A stretch of 60,712 nucleotides of DNA, filler included. It is 6 parts of 6 records of this genome, joined end to end, with 100 filler letters (N's around TTAATTAATTAA, not from the genome) between each part and the next. Parts side by side here need not be neighbours in the genome. Positions count along the whole stretch, not along the records: positions 44,831 to 54,136 come from SRR31156797_27878; positions 54,237 to 60,712 come from SRR31156797_27887; 4 more parts are not named here. One strand, given 5' to 3'. Shown piece after piece: positions 50,637 through 60,712 of this stretch. The notes under the pieces were generated by a model, which was not told the DNA's origin, searched no databases, and saw nothing but the letters and a program-made list of their open reading frames with translations. Position numbers and translations under genes: made by a program. Position 1 is the first letter of the stretch, and every line of letters begins with the position of its first letter.

Positions 50637-51218
50637 ATGATTCAAATTGATGATAAGATAATTAGTCTGGAGCTTTTTACAGAGAAGTTTATTTGTAATA
50701 TAGCAAAGTGCCATGGGGTGTGCTGTGTAGAAGGAGATTCAGGTGCTCCATTGACAGAAGAAGAAGGGAAGATCATCGAAGAAATTTATCCCAAAATAAA
50801 AAAACGATTATCACCAGAAGCTATTAAAACCATAGAGAAAGAAGGAACCTCGGTGATTGATTTTGAAGATGAATTGGTTACGCCTATTATACATGGTAAA
50901 GAATGTGTTTATACTTATTTTGATGATAAGGGAGGTGTACATTGTGCCATAGAAATGGCGTGGAAAGAAGGTGAGGTTAATTTTAGAAAGCCGATATCCT
51001 GCCATTTATATCCAATTCGAACAAGAAAATTAAGTCAGGGAGAGGCTATCAATTATGATGTTTGGCCAATATGTGATGATGCCCGCAAGTTAGGAGAGAA
51101 AGAAGGTGTACCTGTTTATCGTTTTTTAAAAGAACCGATTATTCGAAAATACGGAGAGGCATTCTACACTGAAATGGAGGAGTCTGAGAAGATGCTAAAG
51201 GAGAAAGGTCTTATTTAA
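50637..51218 (+). CDS. DUF3109 family Cys-rich protein
   Basis: FICNIAKCHGVCCVEGDSGAPL, ECVY, CAIE, KPISCHLYPIR. Confidence 0.8.
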   Translation: MIQIDDKIISLELFTEKFICNIAKCHGVCCVEGDSGAPLTEEEGKIIEEIYPKIKKRLSPEAIKTIEKEGTSVIDFEDELVTPIIHGKECVYTYFDDKGGVHCAIEMAWKEGEVNFRKPISCHLYPIRTRKLSQGEAINYDVWPICDDARKLGEKEGVPVYRFLKEPIIRKYGEAFYTEMEESEKMLKEKGLI

Positions 51219-51358
51219 AATAGCAGAAGTATTCGCGTTTTTTGAAAAAGCTTGCTTTTTGTGCAACATTTGTTCGTAGAGTACTTGACCTTTTATTGCA
51301 TTAATAAAATAAATAATTCTTTATTCCTAAACTCTTCCATCACTACTTGTATACATTT

Positions 51359-51413
51359 TAGTGAAGCAACAGTGAAGGAATAGTGAAGGAAAAGTGAAGA
51401 AGTAGTGAACGAA
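51359..51413 (+). repeat. Five tandem 11-bp repeats (nAGTGAAGnAA-like)
   Basis: TAGTGAAGCAA CAGTGAAGGAA TAGTGAAGGAA AAGTGAAGAAG TAGTGAACGAA. Confidence 0.85.
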
Positions 51414-51510
51414 ATGCATTTCAATCGCGATAAAAGTACGAGATGATATTATTCATAAATTACCCTCTGAACCTTTTGTATATTGGGTCGTTTTTATTAA
51501 AAAGTAAGAC

Positions 51511-52881
51511 ATGGAAGGAATAAAAAACTATATAAGTGAAAATAAAGAGCGCTTTCTGGCAGAATTGTTTGAATTATTAAGAATTCCATCGATAAGTAGT
51601 ATCGAATCGCATAAGCCGGATATGTATAAGGCCGCAGAAATGTGGAAGAAACTATTATTGGAGGCAGGTGCGGATAAGGCAGAAATTTATGAAACGGCAG
51701 GTAACCCTATTACCTATGGTGAAAAAATGATTGATCCGGCATTACCTACAATTATGGTATATGCGCATATGGATGTGATGCCTGTTGATCCTATCGAACT
51801 TTGGAATACAGACCCTTTTGAGCCAGTAGTGAAAGAAGGAAAGATTTGGGCACGAGGTGCTGATGATGATAAAGGACAGGGTTTTATGCATGCCAAAGCT
51901 TTTGAGTTTATGGTAAAAACCGATCAGCTTCCTTGTAATGTAAAATTCCTTATTGAAGGTGAGGAAGAAGTTGGTTCTGTTCATCTTCCTCAGTTCTGCG
52001 AAGAGAATAAAGAGCTTTTAAAAAGTGATGTGATTTTAGTCTCTGATACTTCAATTCTAGATCCAGGCATTCCTTCAATTACTACAGGATTAAGAGGTTT
52101 AGCCTACTGGGAAGTGGAAATTACAGGACCTAACAGAGATTTACATTCCGGTTTATTTGGGGGAGCAGTAGCTAATCCGATTAATGTGCTTTCAAAAATG
52201 ATAGCTCAAATGACCGATGATAATGGTAGGGTTACAATTCCTGGTTTTTATGATGATGTCATTGAAGTTTCGCCAGAAGAAAGAAATAAAATGGCTCAAG
52301 CTCCATTTGATAAAAATACCTATAAAGCAGCAGTGGGTGTAAAAGAATTAAGTGGAGAACAAGGTTACTCAACTAGTGAGCGTACCGGAATACGTCCTTC
52401 ATTCGATGTGTGTGGAATTTGGGGAGGATATACCGGTGAGGGAGCAAAAACAGTGTTGCCATCTAAAGCGTATGCAAAAATTTCATCTCGTTTAGTACCT
52501 AATCAGGATCATCATAAAATAGCTCAATTATTTAAAGAACATTTTGAGTCGATTGCCCCGGAAAGTGTAAAGGTTGAGGTGAGGATATTGCATGGTGGAC
52601 AAGGATATGTTTGTCCGATAGATTTACCAGAATATAAAGCAGCAGAAAAGGCATATGAAACTGTGTTTAACACAAAGCCGGTTCCTGTTCGAAGTGGAGG
52701 TTCTATTCCAATTATATCCACGTTTGAAGATATTTTGGGTGTAAAATCCATATTGATGGGATTTGGTTTAGAAGCCGATGCCATCCATTCTCCAAACGAA
52801 AATTATCCACTGGAACAATTTTATACAGGAATTGAAGCTATTCCATATTTCTATAAGAACTATGTGGAATTAAAAAAGTAA
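51511..52881 (+). CDS. M20 family dipeptidase
   Basis: YAHMDVMP, ARGADDDKGQ, EGEEEVGS, DLHSG, GGSIP, HSPNE. Confidence 0.92.
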   Translation: MEGIKNYISENKERFLAELFELLRIPSISSIESHKPDMYKAAEMWKKLLLEAGADKAEIYETAGNPITYGEKMIDPALPTIMVYAHMDVMPVDPIELWNTDPFEPVVKEGKIWARGADDDKGQGFMHAKAFEFMVKTDQLPCNVKFLIEGEEEVGSVHLPQFCEENKELLKSDVILVSDTSILDPGIPSITTGLRGLAYWEVEITGPNRDLHSGLFGGAVANPINVLSKMIAQMTDDNGRVTIPGFYDDVIEVSPEERNKMAQAPFDKNTYKAAVGVKELSGEQGYSTSERTGIRPSFDVCGIWGGYTGEGAKTVLPSKAYAKISSRLVPNQDHHKIAQLFKEHFESIAPESVKVEVRILHGGQGYVCPIDLPEYKAAEKAYETVFNTKPVPVRSGGSIPIISTFEDILGVKSILMGFGLEADAIHSPNENYPLEQFYTGIEAIPYFYKNYVELKK

Positions 52882-52930
52882 TCTATTAAATATTTGATTT
52901 AGTGTAAATCAGATAAGTCCCACAATATAT

Positions 52931-52963
52931 AAAAACGCCATCTCAATAGAGTTGGCGTTTTTT
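52931..52963 (+). terminator. Terminator of the dipeptidase gene
   Basis: AAAAACGCCATCTC...GAGTTGGCGTTTTTT. Confidence 0.75.
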
Positions 52964-53401
52964 GTTTTATGCAAGTTTCAGATAAAAATAGGAGTTGACT
53001 AAGCGGAACATTAACTTTACCTTTAAATCTTTCTTTATTAAATTGTTGTTGCTGGGATTAAGATTAATAATCTATGAAATAGCATTAAATTTCTTCGTTT
53101 CGTGAAAAATCCAGTAAAAATTGTAGACTAGTCAAGAATATTGCTTATAAATTGTTATTAAAAACAATCATATACTTTCGATTTTTGCCAATTATTTTTT
53201 GAATGAGGGATGTTTTAGTGTTGTAATCGAAAAAAAAATGAATTTACCGTTAAATTATGGGGTTTTACTAGATAAAAACGGGTTTTTGTTTCGGATGGAG
53301 TTTATTTTAATGAAAAAAATCATATTTTTCGGAGGTTTTAATTTAGAATTATATATTTTTGCTACGCTAACTCGAAGAAAAATTAAATTTTTAATACAAT
53401 T

Positions 53402-54136
53402 ATGGCAACATTAAGATTTCAAGCATTAAACGAGTTGCTTTCAAGAGCACCAAAAGATGTTACGTTACCATCAAATAAGGTAACTGATTACTATGGCGAA
53501 TTAGTATTTAATACTGACGCTATGAGAAAGTATCTTTCTTCAGATGCTTTTGCTGCAGTTAAAGCTGCAAATGAAAAAGGTGGAACTATCGATAGAAAGC
53601 AAGCTGATGGCGTTGCTTCTGGTATGAAAGCCTGGGCTATTGAAAAAGGTGCAACTCACTACACTCACTGGTTTCAACCATTAACTGATGGTACAGCTGA
53701 AAAGCATGACGGTTTCATCGATTATGGTGATGATGGAAGCATTATTGAAAACTTCTCAGGTAAGTTGTTAGCTCAGCAAGAGCCTGATGCATCTTCATTC
53801 CCATCAGGAGGTATTCGTCAAACTTTCGAAGCTCGTGGTTATACTGCTTGGGATACTTCATCTCCAGCATTTATCGTAGGTACTACACTTTGTATTCCTA
53901 CTGTATTTATTTCTTATACAGGAGAAGCTTTAGATTATAAAACACCTTTATTAAAAGCTTTATCTGCTGTTGACGAAGCTGCAACTGCTGTTTGTCAGTA
54001 CTTCGATAAGAATGTATCTAAAGTACATACCAACATGGGTTGGGAGCAAGAGTATTTCTTAATTGATGAGGCTCTTTATCAAGCTCGTCCTGACCTTGCT
54101 TTAACTGGTCGTACTTTAATGGGACACTCTTCTTCA
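53402..54136 (+). CDS. Glutamine synthetase type III, 3' truncated
   Basis: GATHYTHWFQPLT, AEKHD, QEPDASSFPSGGIRQTFEARGYTAWD, GWEQEYFL. Confidence 0.95.
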
Positions 54137-54236
54137 NNNNNNNNNNNNNNNNNNNNNNNNNNNNNNNNNNNNNNNNNNNNTTAATTAATTAANNNNNNNN
54201 NNNNNNNNNNNNNNNNNNNNNNNNNNNNNNNNNNNN

Positions 54237-54270
54237 GAAGCGTACCTGGGTTCCAAATGAAATTTTTCAT
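54237..54270 (-). CDS. Start of a gene cut by the contig edge (MKNFIWNPGTL)
   Basis: GGAGG RBS 5 nt before the ATG at 54270. Frame is open to the edge. Confidence 0.45.
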
Positions 54271-54453
54271 GGGATCCTCCTTTGGCTGAAAAGCAATTAA
54301 TCAATAAAAAGGGGTCACATCTTGAAATATTATTTTTTTCTTTGGTTAATTATTTTGCTTACCGTTGTATAATGTATGGATAAATAATCGGCGATCGCTT
54401 TCATTGTATAACCATACTGAGCACCTGGTAAAAAGGCAAGTTCCTATCCCTTA

Positions 54454-57400
54454 TCAATGTAAAAGTGACAGCAGTTCTTCAGCGGATATTTTTGCAGACA
54501 CATCGCTCCCCGCAAGCAGGTTTTCCGCTAATTTGCGTTTCTGTTTGTGAAGAGTCACGATCCGTTCTTCAATCGTATCCTTCATAATCAGCCGATATAC
54601 CGTTACCGGACGTATCTGCCCGATTCTGTGAGCCCTGTCTGAGGCCTGATCTTCCACCGCCGGATTCCACCAGGGGTCCATATGGATGACATAGTCAGCT
54701 GCCGTGAGGTTCAATCCAACACCACCTGCTTTGAGACTGATAAGAAACAGGTCTCCCTCTCCCCGTTGAAACGCATTTATCCGGTTTTCACGCATGGTCT
54801 TGGATGTGGCACCATCCAGATACTGATAAGCGATTTTTTTCCCATCCAGGTAGGATCTCAAAATAGCCAGATGCTTTACAAACTGGCTGAATACAAGCAC
54901 TTTATGGTTATTCTCCAACAGCTCATGCACCAATTCGCCAAACAGCTTCAATTTTGAACTTTTAATGGCCGTATCCGGCAGGATGAGGGAAGGATTGCAG
55001 CAGAGCTGCCGCAGTCTTGTCAGCTCTGACAGAATTTTTAAGTGGATCTGCCCTTTTGTGCCGTCACTGTTTTCTATGGCTTCAACAGCCAGTTGCCGCC
55101 TTGCTTCGTAAAGCGCGGCCTCCTCTTCACTCATGATGACTTCAAGGTTTATTTCCGTTTTTTTCGGAAGGTCTTTGAGCACGTCCGCCTTCATCCTGCG
55201 AAGGATAAAGGGTTTGATCAATTTTTGAAGTCTTTGTGACGCCGTTTTATCCTGATCCCGCTCAATCGGTGTGGCAAAGGTCTGCCTAAAACGGGTCCAT
55301 GTGCCAAGCAGCCCCGGGTTCAAAAAATGAAACAAAGTCCACAACTCGCTGAGATGGTTTTCGATCGGCGTTCCAGTGGTGATCATTCTAAATTTGGCAT
55401 TTAGATTCATCGCCGCCTTTGAACGCTTGGTCTGCATGTTTTTAATGGCTTGGGCCTCATCCAGGATAACGGTCTGCCAGTTTTGTTTCGCAAGCTTATC
55501 CTCTTCAATTTGTAAAAGACCGTAGGTGACAAGGAGTAAATCAAAAGGTCCCAGGGTATCAAGGTTTTTTTGCCGGTCACCGGATCCGAAAACAATGGGA
55601 TTTAAAGTGGGAGCGAATTTTCGGCACTCATCCACCCAATTGGAGACAACGGACAACGGCGCGACCACAAGAGACGGCCCGTCACCAGCGCCAAGCAGCA
55701 CAGCGCCAAGGGCTTGAACTGTTTTTCCAAGCCCCATATCATCGGCCAGACATGCCCCGACCTGCCAATGGGCCAGTTGAAACAGCCAATTGAATCCGGT
55801 GATCTGGTAATCTCTCAAACGTGCCCGCAAAGTTGAGGGTATTTGAGGCGTGACAATTTGTGTTAATTTTTTTACATGTTTTTTCCAGGCAAGATCACTT
55901 TTCACTGAGCCCAGTGAATCTGCCAACTCCTCCACAGCCAGAGCGGCAAACGGTGAAAATCGCAAGGAATTTTTATGGGGCGTTGAATAAGATTTCAACT
56001 CTGCAAGCCGCTCTTTTAACGAGCTGGTAATTGCAAGGAATGTAGTATCGTCCAGGGGAATAAAACGGCCAACCGGTTGATCAAGCATGGTCATAAGCTG
56101 TTTGAGATCAAATGACAATTCCTGGTCAATTGAAAGTGTGCCTGACGCTTTGAACCAGTCCCTGTCTTTGTTGATTGACAATTGAAAATTATCAAAACCG
56201 GCCTGGCCGTAAATTTTCATTTTTTCACCCTGGGGCCATTTCAGGATCAAATCATGTTCACAGTTTTTCAATTCAAAAAGAATTTCCAGGGCGTCTTCGG
56301 GATTTTCGATCTGCCATTGGCCATCTAAAGGTTCAAAGGAACTCAACGTGGGACAGGCGTTAAGAATATTTTCCACCTTTTCCAGTTCCAGGGTTTGATT
56401 CCGCGCCGTTTGAATCCTGGCGCCGTTTAGTTGAGCAGAGACATGCCGTCCTCCCTGCCCCGGTGTAAAGTAAGCCCCATACTCTTTGAGCGGCCGTATG
56501 AGTATCGTCACACTGATTCCCTGAAGATGTGACGTCACATGAATATGGGGTGTCGGATCTGCTGTGATCTCTTCTCCTGGTGCATCACCGGCAACTTCGA
56601 GATCGGAATGTACCGGAATATGGGTGGTCAGGGAATCCATTGCTTTGCTGACCATACCTTTTGCTTTGGCCGGCAGCTTCATTCCGTTTTTCCCCAGGGT
56701 CTCACATATTTTAAGATGCTTGTGCGAAAACCGGACCAATTTTAGACGGGTGGGGGCTTCCCTGGTGATTTGCACTCTGGCATCGTCATTTTGGGGATTG
56801 GGGTGCATTGTCACACTGATCTTCCCTTTTTCAACACGGACGCGCAGTTCCGGGTCTCCTTCCACGATTTCAACCGGTGTGCTGATATCTTCTTCAAAAA
56901 ACAAAAGCGGGTGTCCGATCAAAGCAGGTAATGCCTTGTCATCATCAATGTCATAATCGGTTTCCGCATACCTTCGCCGATATCCTGTATAGTAAGTTTC
57001 AGCATCAATGGCGTCGCAGACTTGATGATCCTGCTCGGTGAGATGTTTCATGGATTTGTGATTATGATATAAATTCTTCAACGCCACAGGCCGCCCTTTG
57101 GTCCAAGTGCCGTTTTTCGAAAATTTCTGAAGACGGGGGGTAATGTGGCACGAGTTGTACTTTTCACTGTATGACAAAAGCCAGATCAACCGTTCGTCAT
57201 ACAGATTTCCGCCACGGGTCGTTTCTTTCCGGTTCCCATCAAGCGCTTTTCCGATATTCAACAGACTGTTCAGATCTTTTTCCCATTTGGGAACCGGTTC
57301 TACAAGGGTTGTAAGCGTCTTGGTCCCCATGGCCTGGTGAAGGCTCTTTGCATGTTTGTTTTTGGCTTGCTTTTTAACGCCCAGCTTAGAAAGCAATGCG

Positions 57401-58653
57401 CTCGCTTCAGCTTCCAGCCAGACATATGATGAATCGGCTGCTTTGTCCGCAATGTACTCCAACTTGCGGGTATGTTTCTTTGCTCTTGTACCATCGAACC
57501 AGCTTAAAATGAGAATATCTATAAAGACGTCCATGGGTCTGGCCATGCGCAACGACGTTAAATCGGACTTTGGACGGTCAACCGGCATGCCGAGTTTTTC
57601 ATGAAAGACCGTTTGCATGGCCTCTAGGGCAAATCCATAGTCATGATCCATTTTTTTTGAAATATCGATATAGGTTAGTGCCGCACGGTGGTCGTCTCCA
57701 TCGCTGCTTGCCCCAAGGGCCAGTATAAAAAAAAGACCGGGGTAGCCATCCAAAAAAATATTTTTCTGGCGACGTTTGCCTTTTTTCAGGGTCAATGCCT
57801 GATTAAACCCTTTCAAGGCTTGATCATATTCCCCCTTAAGCACCTGCAAACAGGCTTTGTAAGCGCAAATCTGACTGGATGACGATCTATTTTTATTTTG
57901 CAAAATTTTTTGATACGCGTCTGTTTTTCCACAAAGCAGCAGCGCTTTGAGTAGAGATTCATGTTTTTGGGTTACAGCTTTTCCATCTGTCTGGGAAACA
58001 TAATACGCTAAAGCATCTTCTGCCGGTGCCAATGTGTCTGCGGCATCCTCTATAATATACGAAAGAATTTTTATACGGGTTGACACCGGGAATGTATCAA
58101 ATAATGTCCTGGAAAAAGGACGATGAAATAGTTCCAGAAACACAGAATCCTGTTGATACTGCATCGGTAGCTTTTGCATGGCCGAGTTGTAAACCAGCTC
58201 GATATCGGCCAGCCGCTCATGACTGAAGGCGGAAATTCGCACGGCTCTTAAGTATTCCGTCCGGCTTTCAAATGGAATGATACCTTTGTTGGATTGCTGA
58301 ATATTATGAGATATTTTATCCGGAAACGGGCATACGTTTAAAACAGCCTGGGCCATGGCATCAAAGCAGCCTTCATGCATAGCGTCTTGAATAACCCCCA
58401 GCAGGGAACCGGGGCAGGAAACGCCTTTTGGACTTTTAATAATAAGTTCCTGTTTTTCAAGCTGGCTCAGCATCACACGAAGGGTTTTTAGGGCCAGTGC
58501 TCCGCCCGCCACATCCTTAACCCCAATGGTGTCAAGACAGGCTAAAAGATCTTTTTGCTTGAGTGGTAACACCTGTATGGAAAGTAATTGAATAATCTGC
58601 TGCATTATAGCAGGAAGCTGTTTGTACTGATGAATGCTGCTGTTTTGTTTCAT
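54454..58653 (-). CDS. Large SNF2/SWI2-family ATPase (helicase-like) with a long N-terminal extension
   Basis: LADDMGLGKT, ILDEAQ, TGTPIEN, FILRRMK, LVFSQF, LKAGGVGLNLTAAD and QASDRAHRIGQ in the C-terminal third. Confidence 0.95.
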   Translation of the reverse strand: MKQNSSIHQYKQLPAIMQQIIQLLSIQVLPLKQKDLLACLDTIGVKDVAGGALALKTLRVMLSQLEKQELIIKSPKGVSCPGSLLGVIQDAMHEGCFDAMAQAVLNVCPFPDKISHNIQQSNKGIIPFESRTEYLRAVRISAFSHERLADIELVYNSAMQKLPMQYQQDSVFLELFHRPFSRTLFDTFPVSTRIKILSYIIEDAADTLAPAEDALAYYVSQTDGKAVTQKHESLLKALLLCGKTDAYQKILQNKNRSSSSQICAYKACLQVLKGEYDQALKGFNQALTLKKGKRRQKNIFLDGYPGLFFILALGASSDGDDHRAALTYIDISKKMDHDYGFALEAMQTVFHEKLGMPVDRPKSDLTSLRMARPMDVFIDILILSWFDGTRAKKHTRKLEYIADKAADSSYVWLEAEASALLSKLGVKKQAKNKHAKSLHQAMGTKTLTTLVEPVPKWEKDLNSLLNIGKALDGNRKETTRGGNLYDERLIWLLSYSEKYNSCHITPRLQKFSKNGTWTKGRPVALKNLYHNHKSMKHLTEQDHQVCDAIDAETYYTGYRRRYAETDYDIDDDKALPALIGHPLLFFEEDISTPVEIVEGDPELRVRVEKGKISVTMHPNPQNDDARVQITREAPTRLKLVRFSHKHLKICETLGKNGMKLPAKAKGMVSKAMDSLTTHIPVHSDLEVAGDAPGEEITADPTPHIHVTSHLQGISVTILIRPLKEYGAYFTPGQGGRHVSAQLNGARIQTARNQTLELEKVENILNACPTLSSFEPLDGQWQIENPEDALEILFELKNCEHDLILKWPQGEKMKIYGQAGFDNFQLSINKDRDWFKASGTLSIDQELSFDLKQLMTMLDQPVGRFIPLDDTTFLAITSSLKERLAELKSYSTPHKNSLRFSPFAALAVEELADSLGSVKSDLAWKKHVKKLTQIVTPQIPSTLRARLRDYQITGFNWLFQLAHWQVGACLADDMGLGKTVQALGAVLLGAGDGPSLVVAPLSVVSNWVDECRKFAPTLNPIVFGSGDRQKNLDTLGPFDLLLVTYGLLQIEEDKLAKQNWQTVILDEAQAIKNMQTKRSKAAMNLNAKFRMITTGTPIENHLSELWTLFHFLNPGLLGTWTRFRQTFATPIERDQDKTASQRLQKLIKPFILRRMKADVLKDLPKKTEINLEVIMSEEEAALYEARRQLAVEAIENSDGTKGQIHLKILSELTRLRQLCCNPSLILPDTAIKSSKLKLFGELVHELLENNHKVLVFSQFVKHLAILRSYLDGKKIAYQYLDGATSKTMRENRINAFQRGEGDLFLISLKAGGVGLNLTAADYVIHMDPWWNPAVEDQASDRAHRIGQIRPVTVYRLIMKDTIEERIVTLHKQKRKLAENLLAGSDVSAKISAEELLSLLH

Positions 58654-58748
58654 ATGAATTGGCCGTATTATAGTCGGGTTTTGTTTTATTTTTTATTGTG
58701 ATATGACGGCTTCTATATCAAAAAATTTTAAAAAAAAGAAATCAAAAT

Positions 58749-60464
58749 ATGGCACAAAACAATCAAAATTTTAAAACATTAAAAGAAGGCTTAACATCTT
58801 ATAAAGTTTATCAATTAAAATCACTGGGAACTTTGATCAGTACAAAGCTGCCGACCCGCAAAGCGGAACTGGTAGATCATATTAACGAACTGGTCTTTAG
58901 CAACCTCAAAGAGATTGTTAATGAACTGGACAAACTGGGTGTTACAGCCCTTCAAGAAGCTGTTTTTAACTGGGATGGTGAATTCAGGGCCAGACAATTC
59001 GTTGCAAAATATGAGGCATACCCCATCCCAGGCAGGTCAGATGATCCGTATCGAAAAGACCTTCATCTGTTATTCCTCTTCTTTATCAACGGTACGATTC
59101 CAACCGATTTGCAGGATAGATTAAAAACCATTCTTGACCAACCCGAAACCGAATCCATCACATACAGCTCACAAGAAGATTTAGAGGCGTTGATCGTTCG
59201 TGAAACTGAGCTTGCCGCTGCAATGAATTTGAGTATGATGATTGACATGGTAAATGACGGAAAATTAAAGGTAAGCGGCAAAACCGGCCGGCCAACAGCA
59301 GCCACCATGAAAAAAATTAACGCGGCGTTGTATGACGGTGATTTTTATGAAGATGAAGAATATGGCCCCCTTCAATCTTTTGCATGGCCGCTTCTTCTTC
59401 AAGGCGGCGGCATAGCGGATTTGGACGGAAATACACTTAAGCTGACCAAAAAAGGGACGGCTGTGGCCAAAAAAGACTTGGCTTACGGCATAAAAACGAT
59501 TTGGAAAAAGTGGGAAAAGACAAAGATTGTTGACGAATTTTCACGGGTAAACCATATCAAAGGACAGAAAGCCGCCAAGGGGCGAGCCCTGCTGTCTCCC
59601 GTTCGAAGACGTCCTGCCATAAACAATGCATTGTCATATCTCAAAGAGGGCCGGTGGGTATCTGTTGATGAGGTTGCACGATATATGCTCTCCAAGGACC
59701 TTGACTTTGACATGACAAATTACGAGTGGAAACTTTACATCCTTGATCCCCATTATGGCAGCTTAAGCTATTGCGATACCTGGCCCCTATTGCAGCTGCG
59801 CTACATGCTGGTTTATTTTTTTGAATATTGCGCGACATTGGGCATTCTGGATGTTGCTTACACAAAACCGGAATATGCCCGGCCGGATTTCAGGGAAAAC
59901 TGGGGTGCAGATGAATACGAGTACTTAAGTGTCTATGATGGATTGATGTATATCCGGCTGAACAGTCTTGGTGCTTATGTTGTTGGGCTTTCAGAACAGT
60001 ACGGGTCGAAAGATGCCAAAGAATTTTGCATTGTTGATACGCTGATCCAACATAAAGGGAAAAATGCGCCGTCAGCCGATATCCTTCTCTATCTGGACAA
60101 AATTGCCGATCGAAAAGAGACGTCACAATGGCAAATTTCAGAATCAACCCTTGCCATGGCCGTTAAAAACGGTGAAAAAATTGCAGATATCCATGCCTTT
60201 TTAAATGACATCACTTCACAAAATCCGGGTGAAACGGTGATTAAGCTTCTTGATGAAATGATGGATATGGCAGCAGCAGTCGTGGATAGAGGGTCGGTAA
60301 CACTGTATGAATGCCACACCCAGGCGCGAAAACAGATATTATCAAACCGGCACTTGAACCAACATTGTCTGCCCGCAGGTGATGCGCATATCGTTGTGCT
60401 GCCAGGAAAAAAAAAGGCGTTTTTGAATCAGCTTGAGGCATTGGGGATTATTGTTGAAAGGTAA
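58749..60464 (+). CDS. Hypothetical protein with a C-terminal XPB/Ssl2 N-terminal-like (Helicase_C_3-like) domain
   Basis: YLDKIADR...WQISESTLAMAVKNG...IHAFL...VIKLLDE resembles the XPB-N-like domain. N-terminal LPTRKAELV helix motif. No Walker motifs. Confidence 0.6.
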   Translation: MAQNNQNFKTLKEGLTSYKVYQLKSLGTLISTKLPTRKAELVDHINELVFSNLKEIVNELDKLGVTALQEAVFNWDGEFRARQFVAKYEAYPIPGRSDDPYRKDLHLLFLFFINGTIPTDLQDRLKTILDQPETESITYSSQEDLEALIVRETELAAAMNLSMMIDMVNDGKLKVSGKTGRPTAATMKKINAALYDGDFYEDEEYGPLQSFAWPLLLQGGGIADLDGNTLKLTKKGTAVAKKDLAYGIKTIWKKWEKTKIVDEFSRVNHIKGQKAAKGRALLSPVRRRPAINNALSYLKEGRWVSVDEVARYMLSKDLDFDMTNYEWKLYILDPHYGSLSYCDTWPLLQLRYMLVYFFEYCATLGILDVAYTKPEYARPDFRENWGADEYEYLSVYDGLMYIRLNSLGAYVVGLSEQYGSKDAKEFCIVDTLIQHKGKNAPSADILLYLDKIADRKETSQWQISESTLAMAVKNGEKIADIHAFLNDITSQNPGETVIKLLDEMMDMAAAVVDRGSVTLYECHTQARKQILSNRHLNQHCLPAGDAHIVVLPGKKKAFLNQLEALGIIVER

Positions 60465-60612
60465 TCTTTTTATCCTCATTTATTAGTCAAATATCAAATC
60501 GCATCAACTCGAAACATACAAATAATATATTGATTTTATAGTCTATACAGCATAAAATACATCAGAATTTATTAGTCATTATATGAGCCAAAACATGAAC
60601 ACAAATTAGACT

Positions 60613-60712
60613 ATGCCACTGTCAATCAAAGAATATCTGGAACGAGGTCCTTCAACATCCAAAGAGATCCAGGCAGCAACCAGCCTGAGTCAGAGTTCTG
60701 TTGCACGCAGAC
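60613..60712 (+). CDS. N-terminus of a probable YjjJ/HipA-like HTH-kinase toxin (truncated, absent from the ORF track)
   Basis: MPLSIKEYLERGPSTSKEIQAATSLSQSSVARR shares the L..GP....E.......SQ....R pattern I recall from the N-terminal HTH of E. coli YjjJ. Confidence 0.45.
   Translation, partial: MPLSIKEYLERGPSTSKEIQAATSLSQSSVARR

Noticed and set aside
51359-51413. CRISPR array
   Set aside because: Units are 11 bp and contiguous, with no spacers and no cas genes.
54305-54335. AAAGGGGTCACATCTTGAA motif resembling ends seen near REP-associated transposases
   Set aside because: Single copy and no transposase in view; not supportable.

Overview
This window is not one locus. It holds six unrelated contigs joined by 100-nt N/TTAATTAATTAA linkers, and the taxonomic labels below are inferred from composition and protein style. 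(1) 1-17206, GC-rich and spirochaete-like: an activase-like gene, an Lrp regulator, nfnAB, hisE/hisA/pyrC, lysA, a GH13 enzyme and proS. (2) 17307-25907, GC-rich and spirochaete-like: a CUT2 sugar ABC operon under a predicted sigma54 promoter, preceded by an NtrC-type regulator and a soluble histidine kinase whose input domain is an ABC-ATPase domain. This is the most unusual system in the window. A Cys-rich PAS kinase and an MCP follow. (3) 26008-32543, Bacteroidota-like: a beta-1,3-glucan cluster (GH149-like phosphorylase, two GH17s, GPH/MFS transporter). (4) 32644-44730, AT-rich: copZ between CsoR-like boxes, a 3213-aa PA14/DUF5057-like/Ig-repeat surface protein and a CHASE-GGDEF cyclase. 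(5) 44831-54136, Bacteroidota-like: a tRNA 3' end, satP, a PAS kinase, gpmI, an M20 peptidase and GSIII. (6) 54237-60712, possibly Desulfobacterales-like: a large SNF2 ATPase divergent from an XPB-N-like domain protein, followed by the start of a probable YjjJ/HipA-like gene. All family calls come from motif recognition by eye; no database searches were run.
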